In this document: positions 42,101 to 55,179 of the stretch, in pieces
Layout of the letters: each line of letters begins with the position of its first letter
Position numbering within the stretch: the stretch's first letter is position 1
Origin: Octopus vulgaris
Taxonomy: Eukaryota
Reading direction: 5' to 3'
DNA length: 64,000 nucleotides
Assembly (NCBI GenBank): GCA_951406725.2
Contig: OX597814.1
Location: 64,604,001-64,668,000, forward strand
Notes under the pieces: model-generated
Database searches by the model: none
Seen by the model: the letters and a program-made list of their open reading frames with translations, nothing else
Told to the model about the DNA's origin: nothing
Position numbers and translations under genes: made by a program

Positions 42101-45100
42101 ATTTTTATTCCGAAAAAACTTTTCCTCTCCCGAAATGCAATTCGTAAAAGTTTGCCATTTGACAGGATGTAATATATGTAAACTCACCCATGTGCTTCGT
42201 TGATGTTGAACAGTTAGCTGATCGACTTAAGCGGGGCAGGGTCGTTGTTTATTTATAATGCATTCAGGCCTGCTGATGAGTACGTAAGTATGAAATCACT
42301 GTGATACAGGTCTATATCTTTTTAAATGTCTTACTTTGAAAAATTGCATTCGGTGGGATTAGTAATATTTTTGGTAGAAATGACTAATTGTACCTCTTAG
42401 CGTTTGGCATGTATATATAATGCCTTCTGGCATGTATGTATAATGCCCTCTATATATAAATTAATATGTTCAATAAGAAATAATTATTTTCGAAATTTTT
42501 TCTCTTATGAGGTTTTTACGCTATCTACCTGACAATTTCTTGTTAAGTTTTCCTTATTAAGTAGTTGTCCTTAATTGCTAAATTTTTATTCCGAAAAAAC
42601 TTTTCCTCTCCCGAAATGCAATTCGTAAAAGTTTGCCATTTGACAGGATGTAATATATGTAAACTCACCCATGTGCTTCGTTGATGTTGAACAGTTAGCT
42701 GATCGACTTAAGCGGGGCAGGGTCGTTGTTTATTTATAATGCATTCAGGCCTGCTGATGAGTACGTAAGTATGAAATCACTGTGATACAGGTCTATATTT
42801 TTTTAAATGTCTTACTTTGAAAAATTGCATTCGGTGGGATTAGTAATATTTTTGGTAGAAATGACTAATTGTCCCTCTTAGCGTTTGGCATGTATATATA
42901 ATGCCTTCTGGCATGTATGTATAATGCCCTCTATATATAAATTAATATGTTCAATAAGAAATAATTATTTTCGAAATTTTTTCTCTTATGAGGTTTTTAC
43001 GCTATCTACCTGACAATTTCTTGTTAAGTTTTCCTTATTAAGTAGTTGTCCTTAATTGCTAAATTTTTATTCCGAAAAAACTTTTCCTCTCCCGAAATGC
43101 AATTCGTAAAAGTTTGCCATTTGACAGGATGTAATATATGTAAACTCACCCATGTGCTTCGTTGATGTTGAACAGTTAGCTGATCGACTTAAGCGGGGCA
43201 GGGTCGTTGTTTATTTATAATGCATTCAGGCCTGCTGATGAGTACGTAAGTATGAAATCACTGTGATACAGGTCTATATCTTTTTAAATGTCTTACTTTG
43301 AAAAATTGCATTCGGTGGGATTAGTAATATTTTTGGTAGAAATGACTAATTGTACCTCTTAGCGTTTGGCATGTATATATAATGCCTTCTGGCATGTATG
43401 TATAATGCCCTCTATATATAAATTAATATGTTCAATAAGAAATAATTATTTTCGAAATTTTTTCTCTTATGAGGTTTTTACGCTATCTACCTGACAATTT
43501 CTTGTTAAGTTTTCCTTATTAAGTAGTTGTCCTTAATTGCTAAATTTTTATTCCGAAAAAACTTTTCCTCTCCCGAAATGCAATTCGTAAAAGTTTGCCA
43601 TTTGACAGGATGTAATATATGTAAACTCACCCATGTGCTTCGTTGATGTTGAACAGTTAGCTGATCGACTTAAGCGGGGCAGGGTCGTTGTTTATTTATA
43701 ATGCATTCAGGCCTGCTGATGAGTACGTAAGTATGAAATCACTGTGATACAGGTCTATATTTTTTTTTAAATGTCTTACTTTGAAAAATTGCATTCGGTG
43801 GGATTAGTAATATTTTTGGTAGAAATGACTAATTGTCCCTCTTAGCGTTTGGCATGTATATATAATGCCTTCTGGCATGTATGTATAATGCCCTCTATAT
43901 ATAAATTAATATGTTCAATAAGAAATAATTATTTTCGAAATTTTTTCTCTTATGAGGTTTTTACGCTATCTACCTGACAATTTCTTGTTAAGTTTTCCTT
44001 ATTAAGTAGTTGTCCTTAATTGCTAAATTTTTATTCCGAAAAAACTTTTCCTCTCCCGAAATGCAATTCGTAAAAGTTTGCCATTTGACAGGATGTAATA
44101 TATGTAAACTCACCCATGTGCTTCGTTGATGTTGAACAGTTAGCTGATCGACTTAAGCGGGGCAGGGTCGTTGTTTATTTATAATGCATTCAGGCCTGCT
44201 GATGAGTACGTAAGTATGAAATCACTGTGATACAGGTCTATATTTTTTTTAAATGTCTTACTTTGAAAAATTGCATTCGGTGGGATTAGTAATATTTTTG
44301 GTAGAAATGACTAATTGTCCCTCTTAGCGTTTGGCATGTATATATAATGCCTTCTGGCATGTATGTATAATGCCCTCTATATATAAATTAATATGTTCAA
44401 TAAGAAATAATTATTTTCGAAATTTTTTCTCTTATGAGGTTTTTACGCTATCTACCTGACAATTTCTTGTTAAGTTTTCCTTATTAAGTAGTTGTCCTTA
44501 ATTGCTAAATTTTTATTCCGAAAAAACTTTTCCTCTCCCGAAATGCAATTCGTAAAAGTTTGCCATTTGACAGGATGTAATATATGTAAACTCACCCATG
44601 TGCTTCGTTGATGTTGAACAGTTAGCTGATCGACTTAAGCGGGGCAGGGTCGTTGTTTATTTATAATGCATTCAGGCCTGCTGATGAGTACGTAAGTATG
44701 AAATCACTGTGATACAGGTCTATATTTTTTTAAATGTCTTACTTTGAAAAATTGCATTCGGTGGGATTAGTAATATTTTTGGTAGAAATGACTAATTGTC
44801 CCTCTTAGCGTTTGGCATGTATATATAATGCCTTCTGGCATGTATGTATAATGCCCTCTATATATAAATTAATATGTTCAATAAGAAATAATTATTTTCG
44901 AAATTTTTTCTCTTATGAGGTTTTTACGCTATCTACCTGACAATTTCTTGTTAAGTTTTCCTTATTAAGTAGTTGTCCTTAATTGCTAAATTTTTATTCC
45001 GAAAAAACTTTTCCTCTCCCGAAATGCAATTCGTAAAAGTTTGCCATTTGACAGGATGTAATATATGTAAACTCACCCATGTGCTTCGTTGATGTTGAAC

Positions 45101-48100
45101 AGTTAGCTGATCGACTTAAGCGGGGCAGGGTCGTTGTTTATTTATAATGCATTCAGGCCTGCTGATGAGTACGTAAGTATGAAATCACTGTGATACAGGT
45201 CTATATTTTTTTAAATGTCTTACTTTGAAAAATTGCATTCGGTGGGATTAGTAATATTTTTGGTAGAAATGACTAATTGTCCCTCTTAGCGTTTGGCATG
45301 TATATATAATGCCTTCTGGCATGTATGTATAATGCCCTCTATATATAAATTAATATGTTCAATAAGAAATAATTATTTTCGAAATTTTTTCTCTTATGAG
45401 GTTTTTACGCTATCTACCTGACAATTTCTTGTTAAGTTTTCCTTATTAAGTAGTTGTCCTTAATTGCTAAATTTTTATTCCGAAAAAACTTTTCCTCTCC
45501 CGAAATGCAATTCGTAAAAGTTTGCCATTTGACAGGATGTAATATATGTAAACTCACCCATGTGCTTCGTTGATGTTGAACAGTTAGCTGATCGACTTAA
45601 GCGGGGCAGGGTCGTTGTTTATTTATAATGCATTCAGGCCTGCTGATGAGTACGTAAGTATGAAATCACTGTGATACAGGTCTATATTTTTTTAAATGTC
45701 TTACTTTGAAAAATTGCATTCGGTGGGATTAGTAATATTTTTGGTAGAAATGACTAATTGTCCCTCTTAGCGTTTGGCATGTATATATAATGCCTTCTGG
45801 CATGTATGTATAATGCCCTCTATATATAAATTAATATGTTCAATAAGAAATAATTATTTTCGAAATTTTTTCTCTTATGAGGTTTTTACGCTATCTACCT
45901 GACAATTTCTTGTTAAGTTTTCCTTATTAAGTAGTTGTCCTTAATTGCTAAATTTTTATTCCGAAAAAACTTTTCCTCTCCCGAAATGCAATTCGTAAAA
46001 GTTTGCCATTTGACAGGATGTAATATATGTAAACTCACCCATGTGCTTCGTTGATGTTGAACAGTTAGCTGATCGACTTAAGCGGGGCAGGGTCGTTGTT
46101 TATTTATAATGCATTCAGGCCTGCTGATGAGTACGTAAGTATGAAATCACTGTGATACAGGTCTATATTTTTTTAAATGTCTTACTTTGAAAAATTGCAT
46201 TCGGTGGGATTAGTAATATTTTTGGTAGAAATGACTAATTGTCCCTCTTAGCGTTTGGCATGTATATATAATGCCTTCTGGCATGTATGTATAATGCCCT
46301 CTATATATAAATTAATATGTTCAATAAGAAATAATTATTTTCGAAATTTTTTCTCTTATGAGGTTTTTACGCTATCTACCTGACAATTTCTTGTTAAGTT
46401 TTCCTTATTAAGTAGTTGTCCTTAATTGCTAAATTTTTATTCCGAAAAAACTTTTCCTCTCCCGAAATGCAATTCGTAAAAGTTTGCCATTTGACAGGAT
46501 GTAATATATGTAAACTCACCCATGTGCTTCGTTGATGTTGAACAGTTAGCTGATCGACTTAAGCGGGGCAGGGTCGTTGTTTATTTATAATGCATTCAGG
46601 CCTGCTGATGAGTACGTAAGTATGAAATCACTGTGATACAGGTCTATATTTTTTTAAATGTCTTACTTTGAAAAATTGCATTCGGTGGGATTAGTAATAT
46701 TTTTGGTAGAAATGACTAATTGTCCCTCTTAGCGTTTGGCATGTATATATAATGCCTTCTGGCATGTATGTATAATGCCCTCTATATATAAATTAATATG
46801 TTCAATAAGAAATAATTATTTTCGAAATTTTTTCTCTTATGAGGTTTTTACGCTATCTACCTGACAATTTCTTGTTAAGTTTTCCTTATTAAGTAGTTGT
46901 CCTTAATTGCTAAATTTTTATTCCGAAAAAACTTTTCCTCTCCCGAAATGCAATTCGTAAAAGTTTGCCATTTGACAGGATGTAATATATGTAAACTCAC
47001 CCATGTGCTTCGTTGATGTTGAACAGTTAGCTGATCGACTTAAGCGGGGCAGGGTCGTTGTTTATTTATAATGCATTCAGGCCTGCTGATGAGTACGTAA
47101 GTATGAAATCACTGTGATACAGGTCTATATTTTTTTAAATGTCTTACTTTGAAAAATTGCATTCGGTGGGATTAGTAATATTTTTGGTAGAAATGACTAA
47201 TTGTCCCTCTTAGCGTTTGGCATGTATATATAATGCCTTCTGGCATGTATGTATAATGCCCTCTATATATAAATTAATATGTTCAATAAGAAATAATTAT
47301 TTTCGAAATTTTTTCTCTTATGAGGTTTTTACGCTATCTACCTGACAATTTCTTGTTAAGTTTTCCTTATTAAGTAGTTGTCCTTAATTGCTAAATTTTT
47401 ATTCCGAAAAAACTTTTCCTCTCCCGAAATGCAATTCGTAAAAGTTTGCCATTTGACAGGATGTAATATATGTAAACTCACCCATGTGCTTCGTTGATGT
47501 TGAACAGTTAGCTGATCGACTTAAGCGGGGCAGGGTCGTTGTTTATTTATAATGCATTCAGGCCTACTGATGAGTACGTAAGTATGAAATCACTGTGATA
47601 CAGGTCTATATTTTTTTAAATGTCTTACTTTGAAAAATTGCATTCGGTGGGATTAGTAATATTTTTGGTAGAAATGACTAATTGTCCCTCTTAGCGTTTG
47701 GCATGTATATATAATGCCTTCTGGCATGTATGTATAATGCCCTCTATATATAAATTAATATGTTCAATAAGAAATAATTATTTTCGAAATTTTTTCTCTT
47801 ATGAGGTTTTTACGCTATCTACCTGACAATTTCTTGTTAAGTTTTCCTTATTAAGTAGTTGTCCTTAATTGCTAAATTTTTATTCCGAAAAAACTTTTCC
47901 TCTCCCGAAATGCAATTCGTAAAAGTTTGCCATTTGACAGGATGTAATATATGTAAACTCACCCATGTGCTTCGTTGATGTTGAACAGTTAGCTGATCGA
48001 CTTAAGCGGGGCAGGGTCGTTGTTTATTTATAATGCATTCAGGCCTGCTGATGAGTACGTAAGTATGAAATCACTGTGATACAGGTCTATATTTTTTTAA

Positions 48101-51100
48101 ATGTCTTACTTTGAAAAATTGCATTCGGTGGGATTAGTAATATTTTTGGTAGAAATGACTAATTGTCCCTCTTAGCGTTTGGCATGTATATATAATGCCT
48201 TCTGGCATGTATGTATAATGCCCTCTATATATAAATTAATATGTTCAATAAGAAATAATTATTTTCGAAATTTTTTCTCTTATGAGGTTTTTACGCTATC
48301 TACCTGACAATTTCTTGTTAAGTTTTCCTTATTAAGTAGTTGTCCTTAATTGCTAAATTTTTATTCCGAAAAAACTTTTCCTCTCCCGAAATGCAATTCG
48401 TAAAAGTTTGCCATTTGACAGGATGTAATATATGTAAACTCACCCATGTGCTTCGTTGATGTTGAACAGTTAGCTGATCGACTTAAGCGGGGCAGGGTCG
48501 TTGTTTATTTATAATGCATTCAGGCCTGCTGATGAGTACGTAAGTATGAAATCACTGTGATACAGGTCTATATTTTTTTAAATGTCTTACTTTGAAAAAT
48601 TGCATTCGGTGGGATTAGTAATATTTTTGGTAGAAATGACTAATTGTCCCTCTTAGCGTTTGGCATGTATATATAATGCCTTCTGGCATGTATGTATAAT
48701 GCCCTCTATATATAAATTAATATGTTCAATAAGAAATAATTATTTTCGAAATTTTTTCTCTTATGAGGTTTTTACGCTATCTACCTGACAATTTCTTGTT
48801 AAGTTTTCCTTATTAAGTAGTTGTCCTTAATTGCTAAATTTTTATTCCGAAAAAACTTTTCCTCTCCCGAAATGCAATTCGTAAAAGTTTGCCATTTGAC
48901 AGGATGTAATATATGTAAACTCACCCATGTGCTTCGTTGATGTTGAACAGTTAGCTGATCGACTTAAGCGGGGCAGGGTCGTTGTTTATTTATAATGCAT
49001 TCAGGCCTGCTGATGAGTACGTAAGTATGAAATCACTGTGATACAGGTCTATATTTTTTTAAATGTCTTACTTTGAAAAATTGCATTCGGTGGGATTAGT
49101 AATATTTTTGGTAGAAATGACTAATTGTCCCTCTTAGCGTTTGGCATGTATATATAATGCCTTCTGGCATGTATGTATAATGCCCTCTATATATAAATTA
49201 ATATGTTCAATAAGAAATAATTATTTTCGAAATTTTTTCTCTTATGAGGTTTTTACGCTATCTACCTGACAATTTCTTGTTAAGTTTTCCTTATTAAGTA
49301 GTTGTCCTTAATTGCTAAATTTTTATTCCGAAAAAACTTTTCCTCTCCCGAAATGCAATTCGTAAAAGTTTGCCATTTGACAGGATGTAATATATGTAAA
49401 CTCACCCATGTGCTTCGTTGATGTTGAACAGTTAGCTGATCGACTTAAGCGGGGCAGGGTCGTTGTTTATTTATAATGCATTCAGGCCTGCTGATGAGTA
49501 CGTAAGTATGAAATCACTGTGATACAGGTCTATATCTTTTTAAATGTCTTACTTTGAAAAATTGCATTCGGTGGGATTAGTAATATTTTTGGTAGAAATG
49601 ACTAATTGTCCCTCTTAGCGTTTGGCATGTATATATAATGCCTTCTGGCATGTATGTATAATGCCCTCTATATATAAATTAATATGTTCAATAAGAAATA
49701 ATTATTTTCGAAATTTTTTCTCTTATGAGGTTTTTACGCTATCTACCTGACAATTTCTTGTTAAGTTTTCCTTATTAAGTAGTTGTCCTTAATTGCTAAA
49801 TTTTTATTCCGAAAAAACTTTTCCTCTCCCGAAATGCAATTCGTAAAAGTTTGCCATTTGACAGGATGTAATATATGTAAACTCACCCATGTGCTTCGTT
49901 GATGTTGAACAGTTAGCTGATCGACTTAAGCGGGGCAGGGTCGTTGTTTATTTATAATGCATTCAGGCCTGCTGATGAGTACGTAAGTATGAAATCACTG
50001 TGATACAGGTCTATATCTTTTTAAATGTCTTACTTTGAAAAATTGCATTCGGTGGGATTAGTAATATTTTTGGTAGAAATGACTAATTGTACCTCTTAGC
50101 GTTTGGCATGTATATATAATGCCTTCTGGCATGTATGTATAATGCCCTCTATATATAAATTAATATGTTCAATAAGAAATAATTATTTTCGAAATTTTTT
50201 CTCTTATGAGGTTTTTACGCTATCTACCTGACAATTTCTTGTTAAGTTTTCCTTATTAAGTAGTTGTCCTTAATTGCTAAATTTTTATTCCGAAAAAACT
50301 TTTCCTCTCCCGAAATGCAATTCGTAAAAGTTTGCCATTTGACAGGATGTAATATATGTAAACTCACCCATGTGCTTCGTTGATGTTGAACAGTTAGCTG
50401 ATCGACTTAAGCGGGGCAGGGTCGTTGTTTATTTATAATGCATTCAGGCCTGCTGATGAGTACGTAAGTATGAAATCACTGTGATACAGGTCTATATTTT
50501 TTTTTAAATGTCTTACTTTGAAAAATTGCATTCGGTGGGATTAGTAATATTTTTGGTAGAAATGACTAATTGTCCCTCTTAGCGTTTGGCATGTATATAT
50601 AATGCCTTCTGGCATGTATGTATAATGCCCTCTATATATAAATTAATATGTTCAATAAGAAATAATTATTTTCGAAATTTTTTCTCTTATGAGGTTTTTA
50701 CGCTATCTACCTGACAATTTCTTGTTAAGTTTTCCTTATTAAGTAGTTGTCCTTAATTGCTAAATTTTTATTCCGAAAAAACTTTTCCTCTCCCGAAATG
50801 CAATTCGTAAAAGTTTGCCATTTGACAGGATGTAATATATGTAAACTCACCCATGTGCTTCGTTGATGTTGAACAGTTAGCTGATCGACTTAAGCGGGGC
50901 AGGGTCGTTGTTTATTTATAATGCATTCAGGCCTGCTGATGAGTACGTAAGTATGAAATCACTGTGATACAGGTCTATATCTTTTTAAATGTCTTACTTT
51001 GAAAAATTGCATTCGGTGGGATTAGTAATATTTTTGGTAGAAATGACTAATTGTCCCTCTTAGCGTTTGGCATGTATATATAATGCCTTCTGGCATGTAT

Positions 51101-51240
51101 GTATAATGCCCTCTATATATAAATTAATATGTTCAATAAGAAATAATTATTTTCGAAATTTTTTCTCTTATGAGGTTTTTACGCTATCTACCTGACAATT
51201 TCTTGTTAAGTTTTCCTTATTAAGTAGTTGTCCTTAATTG

Positions 51241-51243
<3 letters not shown>
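36173..51243 (+). repeat. Tandem array: 31 full ~481-bp hammerhead-containing units plus ~159-bp partial unit
   Basis: Unit starts (gccttctggcatg) at 36173, 36653, 37134 ... 51085; near-identical units, no ORF; ends in (TA)n at 51242-51296. Confidence 0.98.
36497..36544 (+). ncRNA. Type I hammerhead ribozyme (first of 31, one per unit)
   Basis: Stem I aggcctg/caggtct; CTGATGA 36504-36510; stem II gtac-GTAA-gtat; GAAA 36523-36526; palindromic stem III atcac-t-gtgat; predicted cleavage after A36537 (AUA). Confidence 0.88.
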
Positions 51244-51300
<57 letters not shown>

Positions 51301-51304
<4 letters not shown>

Positions 51305-51621
51305 GAAAGGATCACAAAAGTACAGCAGAGCTTAAGGAGCACCCTGAGAACCCAGTTTCAACAAAAACTGTTCGCCGGCTGCTGCACAAAGCCGGATTTC
51401 ACGGGAAAGCTACTATTAGAAAACCACTATATTCAGAAACAAACGTTGCAAAGCGTTTAGAGTGAAGTAAAAACCTACAGAAATGGTCCCAAGAGCTGTG
51501 GCAGTATGTCATTTTCTCGGACGAGTCATCTTTTACCTTATTTCCGGCCACCAGCCAAGTATACGTGTGGAGGCAGCCAAAAGAAGCATTTGACCCAGAA
51601 TGCCTTCTTCCAACTGTTAAA
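51301..51621 (+). mobile_element. Tc1-type transposase fragment
   Basis: VSTKTVRRLLHKAGF..RKPL....RLE*..WQYVIFSDESSF..VWRQPKE..PTVK: second HTH region plus first catalytic Asp; one stop codon. Confidence 0.9.
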
Positions 51622-51775
51622 CTGACCCCACTATACTGTGTAGTCGAATAAATCAAAACAAACAATGTGCATGTGCGACCAAAGCCTTCTGAGTGGATTT
51701 GGTAGACGGAAACTGAAAGAAACCTGTTATATATATATATATATGCATGTATGTATGTGTGTATATATATATATG

Positions 51776-51845
<70 letters not shown>

Positions 51846-51849
<4 letters not shown>

Positions 51850-52050
51850 ATCCAAACAAGAAAGCACAAAAAAACACAACAACCCGAGGACGTGGAACAA
51901 ATATAGTATTATTGGACGCTCAGGAAAGAAGGAAAGAAGGAGGGTTTAACGTTTCGAGCGGTGCTCTTCGTCGGAAACATAGGAGAAGGAAAGATCCAGA
52001 GAAGGGAAGACAGAGGAAAAAAATCGCCAACGGTACACACGCGGTCACAT
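51846..52050 (-). mobile_element. Penelope-like pLTR relic with minimal hammerhead (51944-51978)
   Basis: Minus strand gttt-CCGACGA-A-gagc-acc-gctc-GAAA-CG-T-T-aaac; abuts (TA)n; homologous to 6038-6237. Confidence 0.7.
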
Positions 52051-52069
52051 TACATACATGTATATGCTT

Positions 52070-52270
52070 GTGTTTCTGCATTTGTCCCCCTACAATCGCT
52101 TGACAACCACTGTTGGCGTGTTTACGTCCCCGTAAGCTAGCATTTCGACAAAAAGGAGTGATAGAATAAGTACTTGGCTTACAAATAATAAGTCCTGGGG
52201 TCGATTTATTCGACTAAATGCGTTGCTACAGCATGGCCGCAGTCAAATAATTGAAACAAATAAAAGAAAT
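52070..52270 (+). mobile_element. SINE family A 3' module (5' part at ~51675-51728, separated by TA tract and pLTR)
   Basis: Family A sequence resumes after the inserted material. Confidence 0.75.
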
Positions 52271-52306
52271 ATATAAATAGAAATAAAATATGTATATATA
52301 TATATA

Positions 52307-53320
52307 TTTCCGTGAGAGTTAGAGGTTGAACTAAGGGTAGTACCCATCCAATATACTGCGGGTAGTGTGCCCAATTATTGATACCAAAGTGCTGCTTATT
52401 TCGTGGCAATTTCGCAGTCGAGTGTCATATATAGGCGGGAGTAAAAATTGGTTTACTCTTAATTCATACGGCAAAAAGAAAATGGAGGGGATACAAAAAT
52501 GACATACATCAGTCGGTAGACATTCTATTATGTCTATTTATTCCAAAACAAAAGGGAGTATTATACGAATACATACACATGCAAAAACTGTGCTACAGAA
52601 ATATATACTAGTAATTCATAAAAGCGTAAAAGATTAAAATATCAGTTCCTTACGGCCGTTTCTGCTAAGAGGCCACGATAACCTCCACGATAACTTCAGT
52701 GTTCTGTAGGGATGGGTAGATAGAGTTTGGATGTTGAGTGTGCCTCTAGGCTTCATCAGAGACTCTTAATGGTTAGGAGACCCGATACGTACAAGAGTCA
52801 GTTACTAATAGGTACAGTATATTTTTCTTATTAAAGGGGGCATAAGAAGAATAGGAGCAAAACTTAGAGTGTGAGAGGAGTAAAATTTAGTAAAATGGAT
52901 TAGGTAAAGAGAAATAAGTCATAGACTTCAAGTGTTGCTTTCCAAGATTCATGTTATTTTATACAGTGGTGGATAGGTATGCATATTCGTTCTAAGGATG
53001 AGTTTTTTTTCAGAGGGTAAGTTTAGGCAGTTGTTCTTATTTTATTTACAAACACGTTATGTTTGTGTTTACAGAGGTGAGTTTGAAAGTATGGGTTGAA
53101 AGTATGGTCCGCGTTTCGAAGGTGGAAGTTTATATGTAGGATGCTAGTTGGTACTAAAGAGAGTATGGCACCAGGTGGTGACCAAATTACGGTGTTCCTT
53201 GTGTGCAGTGGTTATGGTCACTTCTGCAACCTTATTGGTCAGCTATTTTTTTTTGAAAACTATGAATGTCTACTGGCTGATGTATGTCATTTTTGTATCC
53301 CCTCTATTTTCTTTTTGGCA
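52307..53320 (-). mobile_element. Penelope-like remnant with inverted pLTR segment and long-stem-II hammerhead (52644-52765)
   Basis: ~55-bp inverted repeat (52471-52525 vs 53264-53318); minus strand CTGATGA-A-gcctagaggc...gcctcttagc-a-GAAA-CGGCCG-TA; (TA)n at both ends. Confidence 0.7.
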
Positions 53321-53444
53321 TATATATATATAGAGAGAGAGATAAAACTTACTTGGAATAGGATGCGCGGCGTTCGATCATATGATATAAAATAATATAA
53401 CATACCTACATATATATGTATATATACATGCATACATGGGTACA

Positions 53445-53762
53445 GGACATGAAATAAAACGTAGATACAATGAGAAACGAAAACATAAAAACAAAAACAT
53501 AGAAAACGAACTTTTTTCGAACAAAAACAAAAAACAAACCGAGAAACGAGACATGCAACATAAAGAACATTCCCTTTATCAGTTGTCCCTGTTTCATTTA
53601 CTCCGCGTTATGAAAAAGGGGACAACTGATGAAGGGAATGTTCTTTATGTTGCATGTCTCGTTTCTCGGTTTGTTTTTTGTTTTTGTTCGAAAAAAGTTC
53701 GTTTTCTATGTTTTTGTTTTTATGTTTTCGTTTCTCATTGTGTCTACGTTTGTTTGATGTCC
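53445..53762. repeat. Inverted repeat, ~145-bp arms, ~29-nt spacer
   Basis: 53445-53589 vs 53619-53762; flanked by TA-rich microsatellite. Confidence 0.92.
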
Positions 53763-53772
53763 AGCATGCATG

Positions 53773-53805
<33 letters not shown>

Positions 53806-53811
53806 GTGTGT

Positions 53812-53851
<40 letters not shown>

Positions 53852-54004
53852 GTATGTACATATATGTATGTATATATGCAGATATTTATATATTATATAT
53901 ATATAAATATGTATATATATATAGTATAAATAGTATATATATGCATATATACACATACATGTACATACCTACATATATATGTATATATACATGCATATAT
54001 GGGT

Positions 54005-54342
54005 ACAGCACCGACTTTAGTCGAACAAATCGACCCCAAGACTTATTCTTTGTAAACCTAGTACTTATTCTATCGGCCTCTTTCCCGAACCGCTAAGTTA
54101 CAGGGACGTAATCACACCAGCATCGGTTGTCAAGTGGAGGGACAAACACAGACACATAGACACACATACTCACTCATATACACACACACACATATATGTA
54201 CACGATTGGCTTTTTCAGTTTCCGTCTACCAAATCCACTCAAAAGACCTTGGTTGGCTCGGGCTATAGTAGAAGGCTCTTGCCCAATGTGCCACACAGTG
54301 GGACTGAACCCGGAACCATGTGGATGGTAAGGAAGCTACTTT
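54005..54342 (-). mobile_element. SINE family A
   Basis: cagtttccgtctaccaaatccactc...gggactgaacccggaaccatgtgg. Confidence 0.85.
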
Positions 54343-54450
54343 ATTAAAAAAAAATTTGCCATAAAAACATGATACATAGTAGCTTGCGGGCTAGACAATT
54401 ACATTGATGATGGGAGAAGACAAAAAACGCCCGCCGATTTTTTGCTTGCC

Positions 54451-54640
54451 TAAAACATTATTTTTTACACAAAAATCAAACCGAGGTATTGAACCTCTTA
54501 CTTCCGTTTTTACAATTATTGGACTTAATACTCCATTTACAAATTAAAACATTGTTATTTTTACACAAAAACCAAACGAGGTATTGAACCTATTACTTCC
54601 CTTTTTACAATTTTTGGACTTAATAGTCCATTTACAAAAT
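54451..54640. repeat. Diverged ~95-bp tandem duplication
   Basis: taaaacatt..ttttacacaaaaa..gaggtattgaacct..tccatttacaaa occurs twice. Confidence 0.8.
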
Positions 54641-55179
54641 GAGGCACTGAGCCTCTTACACACTTAAACATTAAACACTGAGGCTTTTCAACCTCTTGTT
54701 AGTTTTCCTCCTCAACATCGCTTGTGCCCGTATACTCCACCATTACCCACGCCTCGTTTAAAACTAAAGCGGGGACCACAAGTAATCCGCAAATAATCTA
54801 CTGGTAATCCTCCAGAATATCGCTTCACGCAGGTACTCCAGTTCACCGTAGCAGCAAAAACAATTCCTTCCCGAATAGGTCGAATTTTTAAAACTTTTCA
54901 AATTTTGGTAGCGAGACACGCCCACCAAAACAAAACAGTTCTCATTGCTAAGTGAGTTACTCAGTGCGACTGCAGTAGGCAAATGTTCGAGACCCATTGG
55001 GGATTTCTTATATGAAAAAAGGAAAAACAATGTCATACAACAAATTCCCCATTAAATTCTCCTTAAAAAAAAATAAGTGCCTACCTCGCAGTCGCGCCTT
55101 CAACGGTTCTTTAATTCAAGACGGTTTCCAAGCACGTCTTGACAACGTTCACTCACGTAAGTGACTGACAAACTCACGT

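Noticed and set aside
36173-51243. CRISPR array, 5S/tRNA/snRNA gene cluster or ordinary centromeric satellite
   Set aside because: No variable spacers and no recognisable RNA gene; the ribozyme, inverted arm and TA-anchored ends fit a retroelement origin better.
53626-53645. CTGATGA in the palindrome arm as a hammerhead
   Set aside because: No stem II or GAAA at a suitable position.
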